From a virus: DNA of 64,000 nt. Below, in pieces: positions 30,734 to 40,776 of this stretch; the stretch's first letter is position 1, and the number at the start of each line of letters is the position of its first letter. The translations under genes and the position numbers were made by a program. The notes under the pieces are model-generated. The model was not told where the DNA came from and ran no database searches. It was given only the letters and a program-made list of their open reading frames with translations. The DNA lies in the IMG/VR virus record IMGVR_UViG_3300029953_000001; one strand, written 5' to 3'.

Positions 30734-31612
30734 ATGTCAAGCATGGACTACACACTCGGTCAGGCACTACTGACCATCGAGAATATCAACGTGTCTTACG
30801 ACCACCCAGTGCTGGTCAACGTCAATGCAAACATTAAAGACATCAAATGCACACACATCGACCCGTCCACGGGTAAGCCCTTCGTCAAAGGCCAAGTAGT
30901 CGCTCTCCTCGGGCCTTCAGGTTATGGTAAGACTCAACTGTTCCGCACCATTGCTGGACTCAACAAACCCAACAGCGGTATCGTCTACATCAACAACTGC
31001 AACTGCGGTCGGGAAGGATGCACCAAGGAACGTTGTGCGGTTCATGCGGGAGACGTTGGTGTTGTGGCTCAGAGCTACCCGCTGTTCCCTCACCGCACTG
31101 TCATGGGCAACCTGATGCTGGCGGCGAAGCGTAACGGCAAGACGACCGCACAGGCTCATGATGAAATCATGGCCTACCTCACAGAGTTCGAGTTGGCTGA
31201 TAAGGTCAATGACTACCCGGCCAGCTTATCCGGTGGTCAGCGTCAACGCATCGCCATCATCCAGCAGGTTCTGTGCAATAACCACTTCATTTTGATGGAC
31301 GAGCCATTCTCTGGTCTCGATCCCATCGCACTGGAGAAGGCGGCTCAACTCATTCAGAAGATAGCAAATCTTGATGAACTTAACACCATCATCATCGTCA
31401 CTCACGATGTGACGGCGGGGTGTGCAGTTGCGGATACGGTATGGATGCTCGGCCATGACAAGAACCCGGACGGGACTAACATCCCCGGCACCCACATTGT
31501 CAAGAGCTATAACCTGATTGACCTTGACCTTGCGTGGCATCCGGACATCACTTTGACCCCGAATTTCATGGCGTTCGTGGCCCAATTGAAGCGGGAGTTC
31601 AGGGAACTCTAA
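30734..31612 (+). CDS. ABC transporter ATP-binding protein
   Basis: GPSGYGKT, LSGGQRQR, ILMDEPFSGLD, VTHD. Confidence 0.95.
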   Translation: MSSMDYTLGQALLTIENINVSYDHPVLVNVNANIKDIKCTHIDPSTGKPFVKGQVVALLGPSGYGKTQLFRTIAGLNKPNSGIVYINNCNCGREGCTKERCAVHAGDVGVVAQSYPLFPHRTVMGNLMLAAKRNGKTTAQAHDEIMAYLTEFELADKVNDYPASLSGGQRQRIAIIQQVLCNNHFILMDEPFSGLDPIALEKAAQLIQKIANLDELNTIIIVTHDVTAGCAVADTVWMLGHDKNPDGTNIPGTHIVKSYNLIDLDLAWHPDITLTPNFMAFVAQLKREFREL

Positions 31613-31698
31613 AATATTTCAAAATGTTGTCCAAAACGCCCTCTTGTCCGGTATACTCAGTGTGTATCGACAAGAGGGTGAGCCATGAAAGGAAGACA

Positions 31699-31929
31699 AT
31701 GACACAACTGAGAGCAGGGGCTATCATCGTTCAGAATGAAGTGCCGTACATTTACACCAAGGCCGGGAAGAAGGGCAGTAGAGTAGCGTCCGTCCCCCCT
31801 AACCATGGAATTGCCCGTCTATCCAAAGGTGTTGTGGAACTCACGCCCCCGGCTGAACTGGACAAGTTTATTTACTCCAGCACGTACAAGGGTTACCCCT
31901 GCCATCGTCTCATCGCTGACTTGAATTAG
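31699..31929 (+). CDS. hypothetical protein
   Basis: Class A promoter 31628-31657; AGGA RBS. Confidence 0.55.
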   Translation: MTQLRAGAIIVQNEVPYIYTKAGKKGSRVASVPPNHGIARLSKGVVELTPPAELDKFIYSSTYKGYPCHRLIADLN

Positions 31930-32040
31930 CCACCACCAAGCGACAAAGGCGAGTGAACTCGTCTTGTGGTAGCTTCCACTTCATGTTATTGATGGGTTTG
32001 TAGACCCATTGAACGTTGTTAAGTTCGTATCCTCGATTGA
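31910..32040 (-). pseudogene. C-terminal remnant of an HNH endonuclease
   Basis: RGYELNNVQWVYKPINNMK...EFTRLC, similar to the ends of the HNHs at 9480 and 33952. Confidence 0.6.
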
Positions 32041-32210
32041 GGCTCTTGATGCACGCAACGTAGCCCTCCCTCTTGCCCTTGCCGTCCTCCAGCGAGGCAC
32101 TTGGCAGATTGACGAGAAGACCCCGATCTTCACCCGCAAGCGTAGCTATCTGCGGGACATGATTCCCCGTCATTGGGAGAATGACGATACAACCAAGAAA
32201 GCGGACTCCA

Positions 32211-33299
32211 ATGCTTGATTTTCTGATGCTGATGTGCGTTCCTCTCATCATCGCGTTGGGTGCTTTGTTCTTCTTCAAGGGCAAGGTGACCATCTATGAG
32301 TTTCTCGGGCAGCTAGGCGTCGTCGCGGTGTGCGTCGGCATTTGTCTCGCGGTGGCCTACAACTCCAGTACCACGGACACTGAGATTTGGAACGGTCAGG
32401 TGACCTCCCGCACACGCGATGTTGTGTCGTGCTCTCACTCCTACGACTGCAACTGCTACACTGACAGCAAGGGCAACCGCCACTGCTCGACGTGCTATGA
32501 ACATGCGTTCGACGTGGACTGGACAGTCCATGCCACGACCGGAGAGGCCATCGACATCGACCGCGAAGACCGTCAGGGCCTCATCGAGCCCAAGCGTTGG
32601 GACGCCGTTTACCCCGGCCAGCCCTTTTCTTCTCAGCACACCTTCACGAACTACATCCGTGCCAACCCCGACAGCGTTCTGCTCGGCACTAAGGGCGACG
32701 TGGTGAAGTTCGCCGCGATGCTGCCCCCATACCCGGACACGGTGTACGACTATTACAGCCACGACGCTGTGGTGAACATGGGCGTGCCCAACATCGACAT
32801 GAATACGTGGAACTGGCTGTTGGCGAACAACGTGAACAAGTTGCTCGGCCCGTCCAAGCAGGTCAACGTCATACTCATCTTCGTCCCCACCGACGACGCC
32901 TCGTATATGCTGGCCCTCAAGGATAAGTGGATGGGCGGCAAGAAGAACGACGTGACGGTTGTCATCGGGTCGAAGGATGGTCACAAGGTGGAGTTCGCCG
33001 ATGTAATGTCGTGGTCTACCAACTCCGACCTGAAGATTGTTCTCAAGGATAGCATCGAGGAAATCGGCACACTCGACCAGCGGGACGCGATTGTCAAGAC
33101 CATCGCAACCACGGTGCAGAACAAGTTCGTGAGGATGCACATGAAGGATATGAAGTACCTCATGCGTAGCTTCCAGCCTTCAGGAACTTCGCTGTGGGTC
33201 AGCTTTATCATTTCCGTGCTGCTCAGCATTGGGCTGGCTATATGGTCAGTCAAAAACGACATCACCGATGACTCGTCATCGTACAACTCGCGGTACTAG
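32211..33299 (+). CDS. membrane protein (2 N-terminal TM, Cys-rich segment, C-terminal TM)
   Basis: Hydrophobic ends; CSHSYDCNC...CSTCYEH; WMGGKKND. Confidence 0.8.
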   Translation: MLDFLMLMCVPLIIALGALFFFKGKVTIYEFLGQLGVVAVCVGICLAVAYNSSTTDTEIWNGQVTSRTRDVVSCSHSYDCNCYTDSKGNRHCSTCYEHAFDVDWTVHATTGEAIDIDREDRQGLIEPKRWDAVYPGQPFSSQHTFTNYIRANPDSVLLGTKGDVVKFAAMLPPYPDTVYDYYSHDAVVNMGVPNIDMNTWNWLLANNVNKLLGPSKQVNVILIFVPTDDASYMLALKDKWMGGKKNDVTVVIGSKDGHKVEFADVMSWSTNSDLKIVLKDSIEEIGTLDQRDAIVKTIATTVQNKFVRMHMKDMKYLMRSFQPSGTSLWVSFIISVLLSIGLAIWSVKNDITDDSSSYNSRY

Positions 33300-33309
33300 G
33301 AGATTCAAA

Positions 33310-33894
33310 ATGAAGAAGGGAACTATCATCGTCCTGTCTATCGTCGGCGTGTTCGTCCTGTTTGGCGTCATGCTAGTCGGCGGCTACATCAGCTTCTCGA
33401 ACGACGCCAACCACTTCGAAGTGGACATCCCGGCCCAGTATCAACAGATGAAGAACGTCTACGACAACGGCTGGAAGCAAGTCATGGAGACGGCACAGGT
33501 GCCGGAGAACTACCGTGACGACATGCAGAAGGTCTGGCAGGGTGCCCTGACTGGCCGCTACGGAGCCAACGGCTCTCAGGCTACGCTTCAGTTCATCAAG
33601 GAATCCAACCCGCAGATTGATGCCTCTCTGTACCGCAAGGTGCAGGAGCAGATTGAGTCCTTCCACTCGACCTTCGAAGCCTCGCAGACGAAACTTATCA
33701 GCGAGAAGCAGAGCTATGGTCTCATGCTGAAGGCGACGACCTCTGGCCGGTTCTATAACACCATCGGTAGCTACCCTCACATCCAGTGCGGTGTGCCTGA
33801 TGGTGCCGAAGACAAGTATGCTATCCTGACCTCGGACAAGACACAACAGGATTTTAATACGCATAAAGCAGATGCACTTAATCTACGTAAGTAA
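33310..33894 (+). CDS. single-TM helical protein, LemA-like architecture
   Basis: GGAG RBS; N-terminal TM; GRYG, ESNP. Confidence 0.7.
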   Translation: MKKGTIIVLSIVGVFVLFGVMLVGGYISFSNDANHFEVDIPAQYQQMKNVYDNGWKQVMETAQVPENYRDDMQKVWQGALTGRYGANGSQATLQFIKESNPQIDASLYRKVQEQIESFHSTFEASQTKLISEKQSYGLMLKATTSGRFYNTIGSYPHIQCGVPDGAEDKYAILTSDKTQQDFNTHKADALNLRK

Positions 33895-33951
33895 GTTTTA
33901 CGAATATGGCATTCTTTATTAGTTAGTAAGAATGCCATATTCGAGGTACAC

Positions 33952-34608
33952 ATGAAAAGGGAGTTTATTGATTTAACCGCCACAAAGCACGGTCATTTTG
34001 ACGTGCTGACTAAGGGGGGTAAAAGGGAAAGTAAGGGTGGGCATCTCCGGCAACTATGGGTATGTAGCTGTGTCTGTGGCGTCACTTTTGAAGAAGCCAC
34101 AGGAAACATAGTTACGGGTCGTCGGAAGTCATGTGGGTGTATGCGGTACAAAGATCGCGCTTACGGGGTTAAACCCACCCACGCACCAGCCCAAGCGTCA
34201 GAAACGTACCTTTTCTCCCGTACAAAATCCTCTGCTAAGACTAGAGGTATCCGGTTCGATATAACCCTTGACGATTTCTGTGGGTTTATATACAGAGATT
34301 GTGGGTACTGTGGTTCAGCCCCCTGTCAAAGGTACAACGGTAAAATTTTCCATAACGGGGGTAGAGCGGCTGGAGGGGTGACTGAGGTAAGTAGAGAGAG
34401 ATGGGATAAGGCTTGGATAGTTATCAATGGGCTCGACCGAATTGATAGCGAGGGAGCATATTCCGTTGATAACGTGGTCAGTTGTTGCAAGTTCTGTAAC
34501 ATAGCGAAGAGCACCATGACAGTGGTGGAGTTCCTAGCTTGGGCTAAACGGTTGGTTCAACACCAAAAGGAAATTCATGAAGGTCAAACGAATCACGCTC
34601 GAAGTTGA
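33952..34608 (+). CDS. HNH homing endonuclease
   Basis: CSCVCG, KSCGC, CGYCG, NGLDRIDS..YSVDNVVSCCKFCN. Confidence 0.9.
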   Translation: MKREFIDLTATKHGHFDVLTKGGKRESKGGHLRQLWVCSCVCGVTFEEATGNIVTGRRKSCGCMRYKDRAYGVKPTHAPAQASETYLFSRTKSSAKTRGIRFDITLDDFCGFIYRDCGYCGSAPCQRYNGKIFHNGGRAAGGVTEVSRERWDKAWIVINGLDRIDSEGAYSVDNVVSCCKFCNIAKSTMTVVEFLAWAKRLVQHQKEIHEGQTNHARS

Positions 34609-34792
34609 AGTCCCGATGTGTACTGTGGCTGAGGATGAGATTCTGTATGCGGTGCGGGGTTACCTTGAAAGGAAGGGACTCCCACACCAAGCACAGGTCT
34701 CATCGGAGGTTAGCCCCAACACGCAAATCGGGAACGTCAAGGATTTCGATGACAGCCGGTACTACCTGACCGCTGTCGAATACAGGAGATAA
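34577..34792 (+). CDS. hypothetical protein
   Basis: AAGGA RBS. Confidence 0.55.
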   Translation: MKVKRITLEVEVPMCTVAEDEILYAVRGYLERKGLPHQAQVSSEVSPNTQIGNVKDFDDSRYYLTAVEYRR

Positions 34793-34793
34793 C

Positions 34794-35277
34794 ATGAACC
34801 GTCGCATCGCAACAAGCAGTATTGCTCACGTCCGCCCTCGCCCTCACTGGCTGCACCCATCTTGTCGGCAACGGCGAGAAGGTCGGCTCTGTCATCAAGG
34901 TATCGCAGGAAGGCGTACTCAACACGACCAACGAAGTTGAGATTGTCCGTGGCGGCATGAACGGCGGCTCCGGCTCCTTCTCCACCACGCCTCTGAATGG
35001 CACGGTCACCGACGACGCAGTGTACGCTCAGTTGAAGGATGCTCTCAACGGGCAGTACGAAGTCAAGGTACAGTACCGAGACTACTTCTGGACTCCTATC
35101 TCATCGGACAGCGGCAGTCGCTACATCGTCGCCGTGCAGAAGATGGCAATCCCCGTACAGGCCGCTAAGACCCCGGTAGCAGTAACTTCAGCCCCAGTTG
35201 CCTCCACTGGTTCCACGGTCATTACCAATCCCGTCATCGAAGTGCAGAATGGTACGATTCTTATCCACCAGAAGTAA
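34794..35277 (+). pseudogene. lipoprotein with apparent 1-nt insertion near 34815
   Basis: AGGAG RBS + ATG 34794 (MNRRIAT) is out of frame with AVLLTSALALTGC lipobox; removing one A restores the gene. Confidence 0.65.
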
Positions 35278-35289
35278 GTATTATCCTGC

Positions 35290-36255
35290 ATGAGCGATAC
35301 TTTAGATGTAGGGTTCAAGAAGAGTGCTGCTGGTGAGACCATTTACGAAGGTGGTGCTCAACGTGACAGTCGTACAGGTAAGGGTGCCCCCGAGTGGATG
35401 CCTAGTCAGGCTTTAGCCCTTGTTAGCTGTATTTATGAGGCTGGTAATAAAGGTCGGAGCAAGACTGGAAATGGGGACGACCGCAACTGGGAAAATGGGA
35501 TGAAAATTGGCGACCTATTAGGTTCAGCCCTTCGTCACATCGAACGTTACAGAGAAGGCGACCGTTCAGAAGCCCATCTCCCCCAAGCTATATGGAATCT
35601 ATTGAACGCCCTCCAAATGGGTATATGGGTATCCACCGGGTATCGTAGCAAGTCCTTCAACAACCTCGCTGACCATATTAACCCTTGGTCTCCGGGAGAC
35701 CCCCCTCCACCGGCCCTCTCTCAGAGAGAGATTGGTTGGTTGAAGCTTCGTGGCATAAATGCGGAGGTAGCTTCTCAAATGACTTCGGCTTATCTGGCCG
35801 CTATGATTGATGCAGAGGGCTCCATAACCATTGTGAAGAGGGAAGAAAAGCGTAAAGAGTCCTACTACCTTAGGAGCTATGTCTACAACACCAACAAGGG
35901 GTTGTTAGAAACCATTCAGGCTAGATTCGGGGGCTCTGTGATGCAGACTCGCAAGGCGACCGACAAACATGCGACAGCATGGGCATTAGTGTGGAGTCAC
36001 GCAGCAGCAGCGGAGGTAGCTAAGTTGGTTGCCCCCTTGCTCATCGTGAAATCGGAACAGGCCGAAGTTGCTCTCAAGTTCCACGCTCTTGCTTCTTCTC
36101 TCAATCCCGGTCGCAAGGGACTATTCGAATCGGATTTGGAACAGATGAGAAGCATGAAGGACAAAATCAACACCTTGAACTTGAAAAACAAACCTGAGCC
36201 TGAACCCCTGTTCGAGGAATTCAAAGCCAATGTAAAGAAGGCACTTGTCAAGTGA
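35290..36255 (+). CDS. dATP/dGTP diphosphohydrolase-like (DUF5664-type) domain fused to LAGLIDADG endonuclease
   Basis: GAQRDSRTGKG, RNWENG, SALRH, EAHL.QAIWN; then AYLAAMIDAEGSI. Confidence 0.8.
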   Translation: MSDTLDVGFKKSAAGETIYEGGAQRDSRTGKGAPEWMPSQALALVSCIYEAGNKGRSKTGNGDDRNWENGMKIGDLLGSALRHIERYREGDRSEAHLPQAIWNLLNALQMGIWVSTGYRSKSFNNLADHINPWSPGDPPPPALSQREIGWLKLRGINAEVASQMTSAYLAAMIDAEGSITIVKREEKRKESYYLRSYVYNTNKGLLETIQARFGGSVMQTRKATDKHATAWALVWSHAAAAEVAKLVAPLLIVKSEQAEVALKFHALASSLNPGRKGLFESDLEQMRSMKDKINTLNLKNKPEPEPLFEEFKANVKKALVK

Positions 36256-36538
36256 GCTATCTCGTTGTCATCAACGCGGCTGGGCCTCCCCCTAGCGACT
36301 ACTTCCTAGTAGACGCGGAGGAAGCCCTCAGTGACCGATGACAGGAGCAACACGTACACCCAGCATGACGGTTATTGGCTCTCATGTCAGAACCCCCTTC
36401 CACCCTCTACGATTACAGTAGAGTACGCAACCGAAGAACACCCGGCTGCAACTCTGTACTGGTGTGGGGTTGACTTGGGTGAAACTAATTTGTAGAAAAC
36501 TCCAACTTTTATGATAGACTCCTGTCAAGGAGACATTC

Positions 36539-36880
36539 ATGATTAGAGTAAAGTACATGGCGATTGGCGTGCCTGTATTCCTTGTCCTCTGCCTGAGTGC
36601 ATTTGAGTTCGGTTACGCCGTGTTGAGACCCAGCATAACCAACTCCAACAATGTAGCCCCGGCTCCTCCCGAAGTCATCACCATCCCTTACAAGGTTTGG
36701 ATTGTGAGTAAGAACAAAGACGGCGGGACTATAGACATTCAAAGCTACGACTCCTCATCGACGTTACTGGGTAATGCACCGTCTATGACGTTGGCGGTAT
36801 CCCGTGCGACTGAAGAGGCCGCTGAGGAGGGTGACGACGTTGAAGTCACCATCAAGTTTCTCCCCAAGAAAGTGAAGTGA
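36539..36880 (+). CDS. secreted or membrane hypothetical protein
   Basis: AAGGAG RBS; N-terminal TM. Confidence 0.65.
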   Translation: MIRVKYMAIGVPVFLVLCLSAFEFGYAVLRPSITNSNNVAPAPPEVITIPYKVWIVSKNKDGGTIDIQSYDSSSTLLGNAPSMTLAVSRATEEAAEEGDDVEVTIKFLPKKVK

Positions 36881-36883
36881 GTT

Positions 36884-37111
36884 ATGGCAGATAGCAACAG
36901 CCACGCATACGTAGTTCCAGTTGTACTGGAACCGCATCCAGACCCTGAGACCACCCGTCTCTCCATCGTGAGAGTCAACGCCTACACGTGCGTTGTCGCA
37001 ACCTCCGACTGGCGGGGCATTCAATCATCTCGTAGAGAAAAAGTAGCTTCGGGCTCCCTTTATAGACGTATTTTTCTCTATAAGGAAGCCCAATGTCCCA
37101 GTCAAAAGTAG
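36884..37111 (+). pseudogene. N-terminal fragment resembling DRB0094-family RNA ligase
   Basis: HAYVVPVVLEPHPDPETTRLSIVRVNAYTCVV..DW; similarity stops near 37020. Confidence 0.5.
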
Positions 37112-38592
37112 CCTCCCCCAATCTGGATGAGTTCACCAGTGCTTACATCGAAGCCGCCCTGTGGTCATCGACCGACGACCAAGACCAGCCCCTCGACAAA
37201 TACAGCCTTGACGACATCGCCCCTGAGTCCCTTGAGGCTATGGTGAAGGATTGTCAGGAGTTCCAGCAACAGTGCGGAGCCCTGATTGAAGATGAAGGCG
37301 AGGGACTACATCAGGCCGGTCACGACTTCTGGCTCACCCGCGTCGGTCACGGTGCCGGTTTTTGGGATGGCGACTGGCCGAAGCATGGCGACGAGCTTAC
37401 CAAGGTATCCGAGAAGTTTGGCAACGTAGACCTCTACGTCGGCGATGACGGCTACATCTATCAGGCTGGTACGGAGAAGGGTGAACCCCAGCCGCCGAAG
37501 GATATGTACGAGCCCACCGTCCATGACGCCGAGTTGCTCAAAACCATGGGCATCGAGCAGACCGCATCCGCCAAGACCGCTGTCTTTGCCGAAGACCAGT
37601 GGGTTGACATCCTGAAAAAGCTGGGTTACGTGATTGACGAGGAAGCCGACACTGAGTGGGAAGACACCGTGTACTGCCACCCCATCAAGTCCGACATTCA
37701 GGTCATGATTCACGAAGGTCCTGAGCCCTATTTCCTTGTCGAACGCGGCGGAGAGTTGGTACAGCAGGGACAGGACTCCGAAGAACTGTGGCAGACTCTG
37801 AGCAACCTGCATCCGACGCCAGTCAAGCACGACCGCGAGTTCACCGAAGAAGACAAGGCTGGCCCTCTCAAAGAGATGGGCGTACTCGCTCATACCAAGA
37901 ACGCCCTCCTTCGCAAAAAGAAACCCAAGCTTGCCTTCGACATGTCCACCACCGCACCGAAGCAGTACGACTATGAAGCGAGTGGGAACGACGTGGTTCT
38001 CATCTCCCCGGCCAACGCTACCAAGCACCTTCAGGGGGATGAGGCTGAATCCTTCTGGGCTGGGCTGGACAGCATCGAAAGCACACTCTCCGCTGACGCA
38101 AGTTACGAGCAGATGTTGCAGGACTTCATCAAGTCCTTCTTCGATAAGGAAGTTGCTGAGGCCAAGAAGTATGGTGGTCTGTTCGACTTCGACCGTCGCC
38201 AGAATGACATCAAGCCGGACGCGGAACGGCGTAAGTCAGTTATGGATAACGCCAAGATGTGGGCACACAATGTTCAAAAGGTGGATGACGGTAAGGCCGC
38301 TGACTTCGCTCTCTTCTACTCTCGCCAGTCCCCGGACGGCAGTGTAATGCTGGGCGATGTGTGGCCGAAGTTCGAAGCGAAGTATGCTTCGATGAAGTAC
38401 GCCATTCAGGTGGATGCAACCAAGCTCAAGAAGGCGTCAGTGGCTTACGTCTCCGGCGTGGACAATAAGGGCGGTAAGATTCACCTTACCACCAACAAGG
38501 CTAAGGCTGTCCTCTACTCGCGTGCGATGGCTCTCAAGATTAAGGCGGCTCTCCCCGGCTTGGAACTCACGGGCAAGCTGGTCAGAGTATAA
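37093..38592 (+). CDS. multidomain protein, possibly virion-packaged
   Basis: Late-type promoter and AAGGA RBS; domain YIEAALWSS...GHDFWLTRVGHGAGFWDG; K-x-A linkers. Confidence 0.8.
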   Translation: MSQSKVASPNLDEFTSAYIEAALWSSTDDQDQPLDKYSLDDIAPESLEAMVKDCQEFQQQCGALIEDEGEGLHQAGHDFWLTRVGHGAGFWDGDWPKHGDELTKVSEKFGNVDLYVGDDGYIYQAGTEKGEPQPPKDMYEPTVHDAELLKTMGIEQTASAKTAVFAEDQWVDILKKLGYVIDEEADTEWEDTVYCHPIKSDIQVMIHEGPEPYFLVERGGELVQQGQDSEELWQTLSNLHPTPVKHDREFTEEDKAGPLKEMGVLAHTKNALLRKKKPKLAFDMSTTAPKQYDYEASGNDVVLISPANATKHLQGDEAESFWAGLDSIESTLSADASYEQMLQDFIKSFFDKEVAEAKKYGGLFDFDRRQNDIKPDAERRKSVMDNAKMWAHNVQKVDDGKAADFALFYSRQSPDGSVMLGDVWPKFEAKYASMKYAIQVDATKLKKASVAYVSGVDNKGGKIHLTTNKAKAVLYSRAMALKIKAALPGLELTGKLVRV

Positions 38593-39256
38593 TCACTTCA
38601 CTTTCCCCACGTCCTAACAGATAGGCGAACACTTGCTTCCGGCTCACGGTCTTCGTGAGTACGATTGCGGTCTCGTCTTTCCTTCTCCATCGCTGGGAGA
38701 ACCATTCAGCTTTGTCTTTATTGAGCGTCCACGACAACCCCTCTTCATTCAGACCGCGAACGCATCCACGGTATACGGTAAACTCAGCCGGGAGTTCCTT
38801 CAGGGCCTTCCGCTCTGTCTCATCCATGAAGCGGAACTTCTGGCTCCGCTTCGACCTCAGCAACCGCTTCCAGATTTCTAGGTTCTGCCAGCAATTTTCC
38901 GAATCCGTCCACACCGCCCCCAGCAGGTCCCAGTAGTCCCCGTCCTTGAGGGTCTTCCTGTCGAGATAATCACACAGAGCGTTAAGCCGATACGGGCGCT
39001 CGTACTGGAAGACGTAATGGAATGCTCGTCCTTCCTTCAAAGCTTTCTCCGCATCGGCCTTCAACATTTCGTACCGTTGGTTGTGGTGATTGTTCATCAC
39101 TTCGTGATATGGTACAGAGTAGACCAACGGATGTTGCAGCATGTCGAAGGGTGGCCCCTTGACGAGGTATGCGGCCAAGTCCGGGTGCAGGTCAGCGGGA
39201 GCGAACATGCTCTCGAAATCCCGTGCCATCAACGCTTCTGGGGTTCCCGTCTCCAT
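38582..39256 (-). CDS. putative R-S-E type ADP-ribosyltransferase-fold protein
   Basis: VYRG, LSWT, ESEVII; TAAAAT 6 nt before ATG on - strand. Confidence 0.65.
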   Translation of the reverse strand: METGTPEALMARDFESMFAPADLHPDLAAYLVKGPPFDMLQHPLVYSVPYHEVMNNHHNQRYEMLKADAEKALKEGRAFHYVFQYERPYRLNALCDYLDRKTLKDGDYWDLLGAVWTDSENCWQNLEIWKRLLRSKRSQKFRFMDETERKALKELPAEFTVYRGCVRGLNEEGLSWTLNKDKAEWFSQRWRRKDETAIVLTKTVSRKQVFAYLLGRGESEVIIL

Positions 39257-39363
39257 CTGGGTATTTTATCACAGGCTCCTAACCTGTTGAAAACAAACCA
39301 TTCCTGAAAAAGTTCCAGAAAAAGTTGTTCGAGCCGTGTTTATCTCAGGTATACTACTCGTGT

Positions 39364-39906
39364 ATGAGTACAGGTATATTAGAGAAAGCAATCCGGTTAG
39401 CCACATCAGCTTTCGCAGGTATGCTGGATAAGCAGGGCTACCCTGCTATCCTCCACGCCTTTGTGGTGATGCTGGCTGCGGGTGAAGAGTACGACCGAAG
39501 TCCAATCCCCGTCACCCGCGAAGAGTTTATGTCCGCTGCCGTGCTCCATGACGTGGTAGAAGACACGGAATACACCCTCGCCTACATCCTCGAACAATTT
39601 GGCCCGGTCGTAGCCAACATCGTGGACGGAGTGACTCGCCGCAAGCTTGAGAAGGAAGTCTATGTTGACTTCATCGTCCGGGCGTGGCAGGGGGAAGCTT
39701 CCCGTAGACTGAAACGGGTGGATGTTACAATCAACATGAAGCGGATTCATACTCTACCCAAAAGTGAACAAGGTATCAGGGACAGGTACAACCGTGCCCT
39801 CTTGATACTCGACGCAAAATCCTTGGAGGAAATACAAGCAATCATCAGGAGACCCCGCCAGACACAACAGGTCGGAGCCCGACAATCTGAAGGGAGTCTA
39901 TTATGA
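39364..39906 (+). CDS. HD-domain (p)ppGpp hydrolase-like protein (Mesh1/SAH type)
   Basis: DKQGYPAILH, AVLHDVVEDT, FGPVVANIVDGVT. Confidence 0.78.
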   Translation: MSTGILEKAIRLATSAFAGMLDKQGYPAILHAFVVMLAAGEEYDRSPIPVTREEFMSAAVLHDVVEDTEYTLAYILEQFGPVVANIVDGVTRRKLEKEVYVDFIVRAWQGEASRRLKRVDVTINMKRIHTLPKSEQGIRDRYNRALLILDAKSLEEIQAIIRRPRQTQQVGARQSEGSLL

Positions 39907-40673
39907 TTTTTCGTGTCTCATTTTACTATGAGGATGAGGTTGCAGACGGGCGTGCTCGTCGGTACATGGTGGATGTACAAGAAGACAGCATCGACATCGC
40001 CAAGGAAAAGTTGCTGCTTCGCCTTGGTAAGGAAGAGCCGGGACGCTCCGTCGTCATCCGCAGTGCCTACAAGGCCCCCAGCAAAGCTATCCGTCCTGAA
40101 CCCAGTTTTGTATTTGTCGATGCCGACTCACGGAACAAGTGGTACAGCAGCCATAAGACTGCGGCGAAGGAACGTCTCTGCCACGAGTGCAACGCCGAGC
40201 CTGTTGAACACTACAAGCGCATCGGGAAGAAGTGCCGGGAGAAGCGTGACGCTGACTCCATGAAGCCTTGCATCGCGTGCCCCACGCTCATCCCCACTGC
40301 CTCCCGCAAGCGGTATTGCCCTGCTTGCTCTGCCAAGCGTAAGGACTCGCAGGAGAAGAACCACCGGGAGAAGCGTGCCAAGCTGAATACTCGCGACCGC
40401 ATCAACACGCAGGTCGAATGGGCGAAGGAAGCCCTGAAGACCACCACGCTCCTCAGTTGCAAGCTGGCGTCTCGCTTCCAAGGTCTCCGTGTCCCCCATC
40501 TGACCAACGAGGACACCCGGTGCCGGACTTGCTTGCAAAAGTTCATCGACGTTCAGTCTCTCTATCTGAGTAATCTCATGGTAGAGGAACAGGATGCTCA
40601 AGCCATTCTCGCCTCATTCAACCAGATGCTCAACGAGGGAACCCATGTTCACAGCCACGCTGCCGGAGCTTAG
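39903..40673 (+). CDS. Zn-finger protein
   Basis: Several CxxC motifs. Confidence 0.7.
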   Translation: MIFRVSFYYEDEVADGRARRYMVDVQEDSIDIAKEKLLLRLGKEEPGRSVVIRSAYKAPSKAIRPEPSFVFVDADSRNKWYSSHKTAAKERLCHECNAEPVEHYKRIGKKCREKRDADSMKPCIACPTLIPTASRKRYCPACSAKRKDSQEKNHREKRAKLNTRDRINTQVEWAKEALKTTTLLSCKLASRFQGLRVPHLTNEDTRCRTCLQKFIDVQSLYLSNLMVEEQDAQAILASFNQMLNEGTHVHSHAAGA

Positions 40674-40776
40674 TTTCGAGTCGTTCAACTTGCGTGCCTA
40701 TTTTCAGGCGGTAAAAATATTTCCGAAATTGATGACAAAATAACAAAATAGTGGTAACTTCGGGTATACTAAAGAC

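Noticed and set aside
35290-35760. Z-genome (diaminopurine) pathway
   Set aside because: Only the diphosphohydrolase-like domain is present; no purZ in this window
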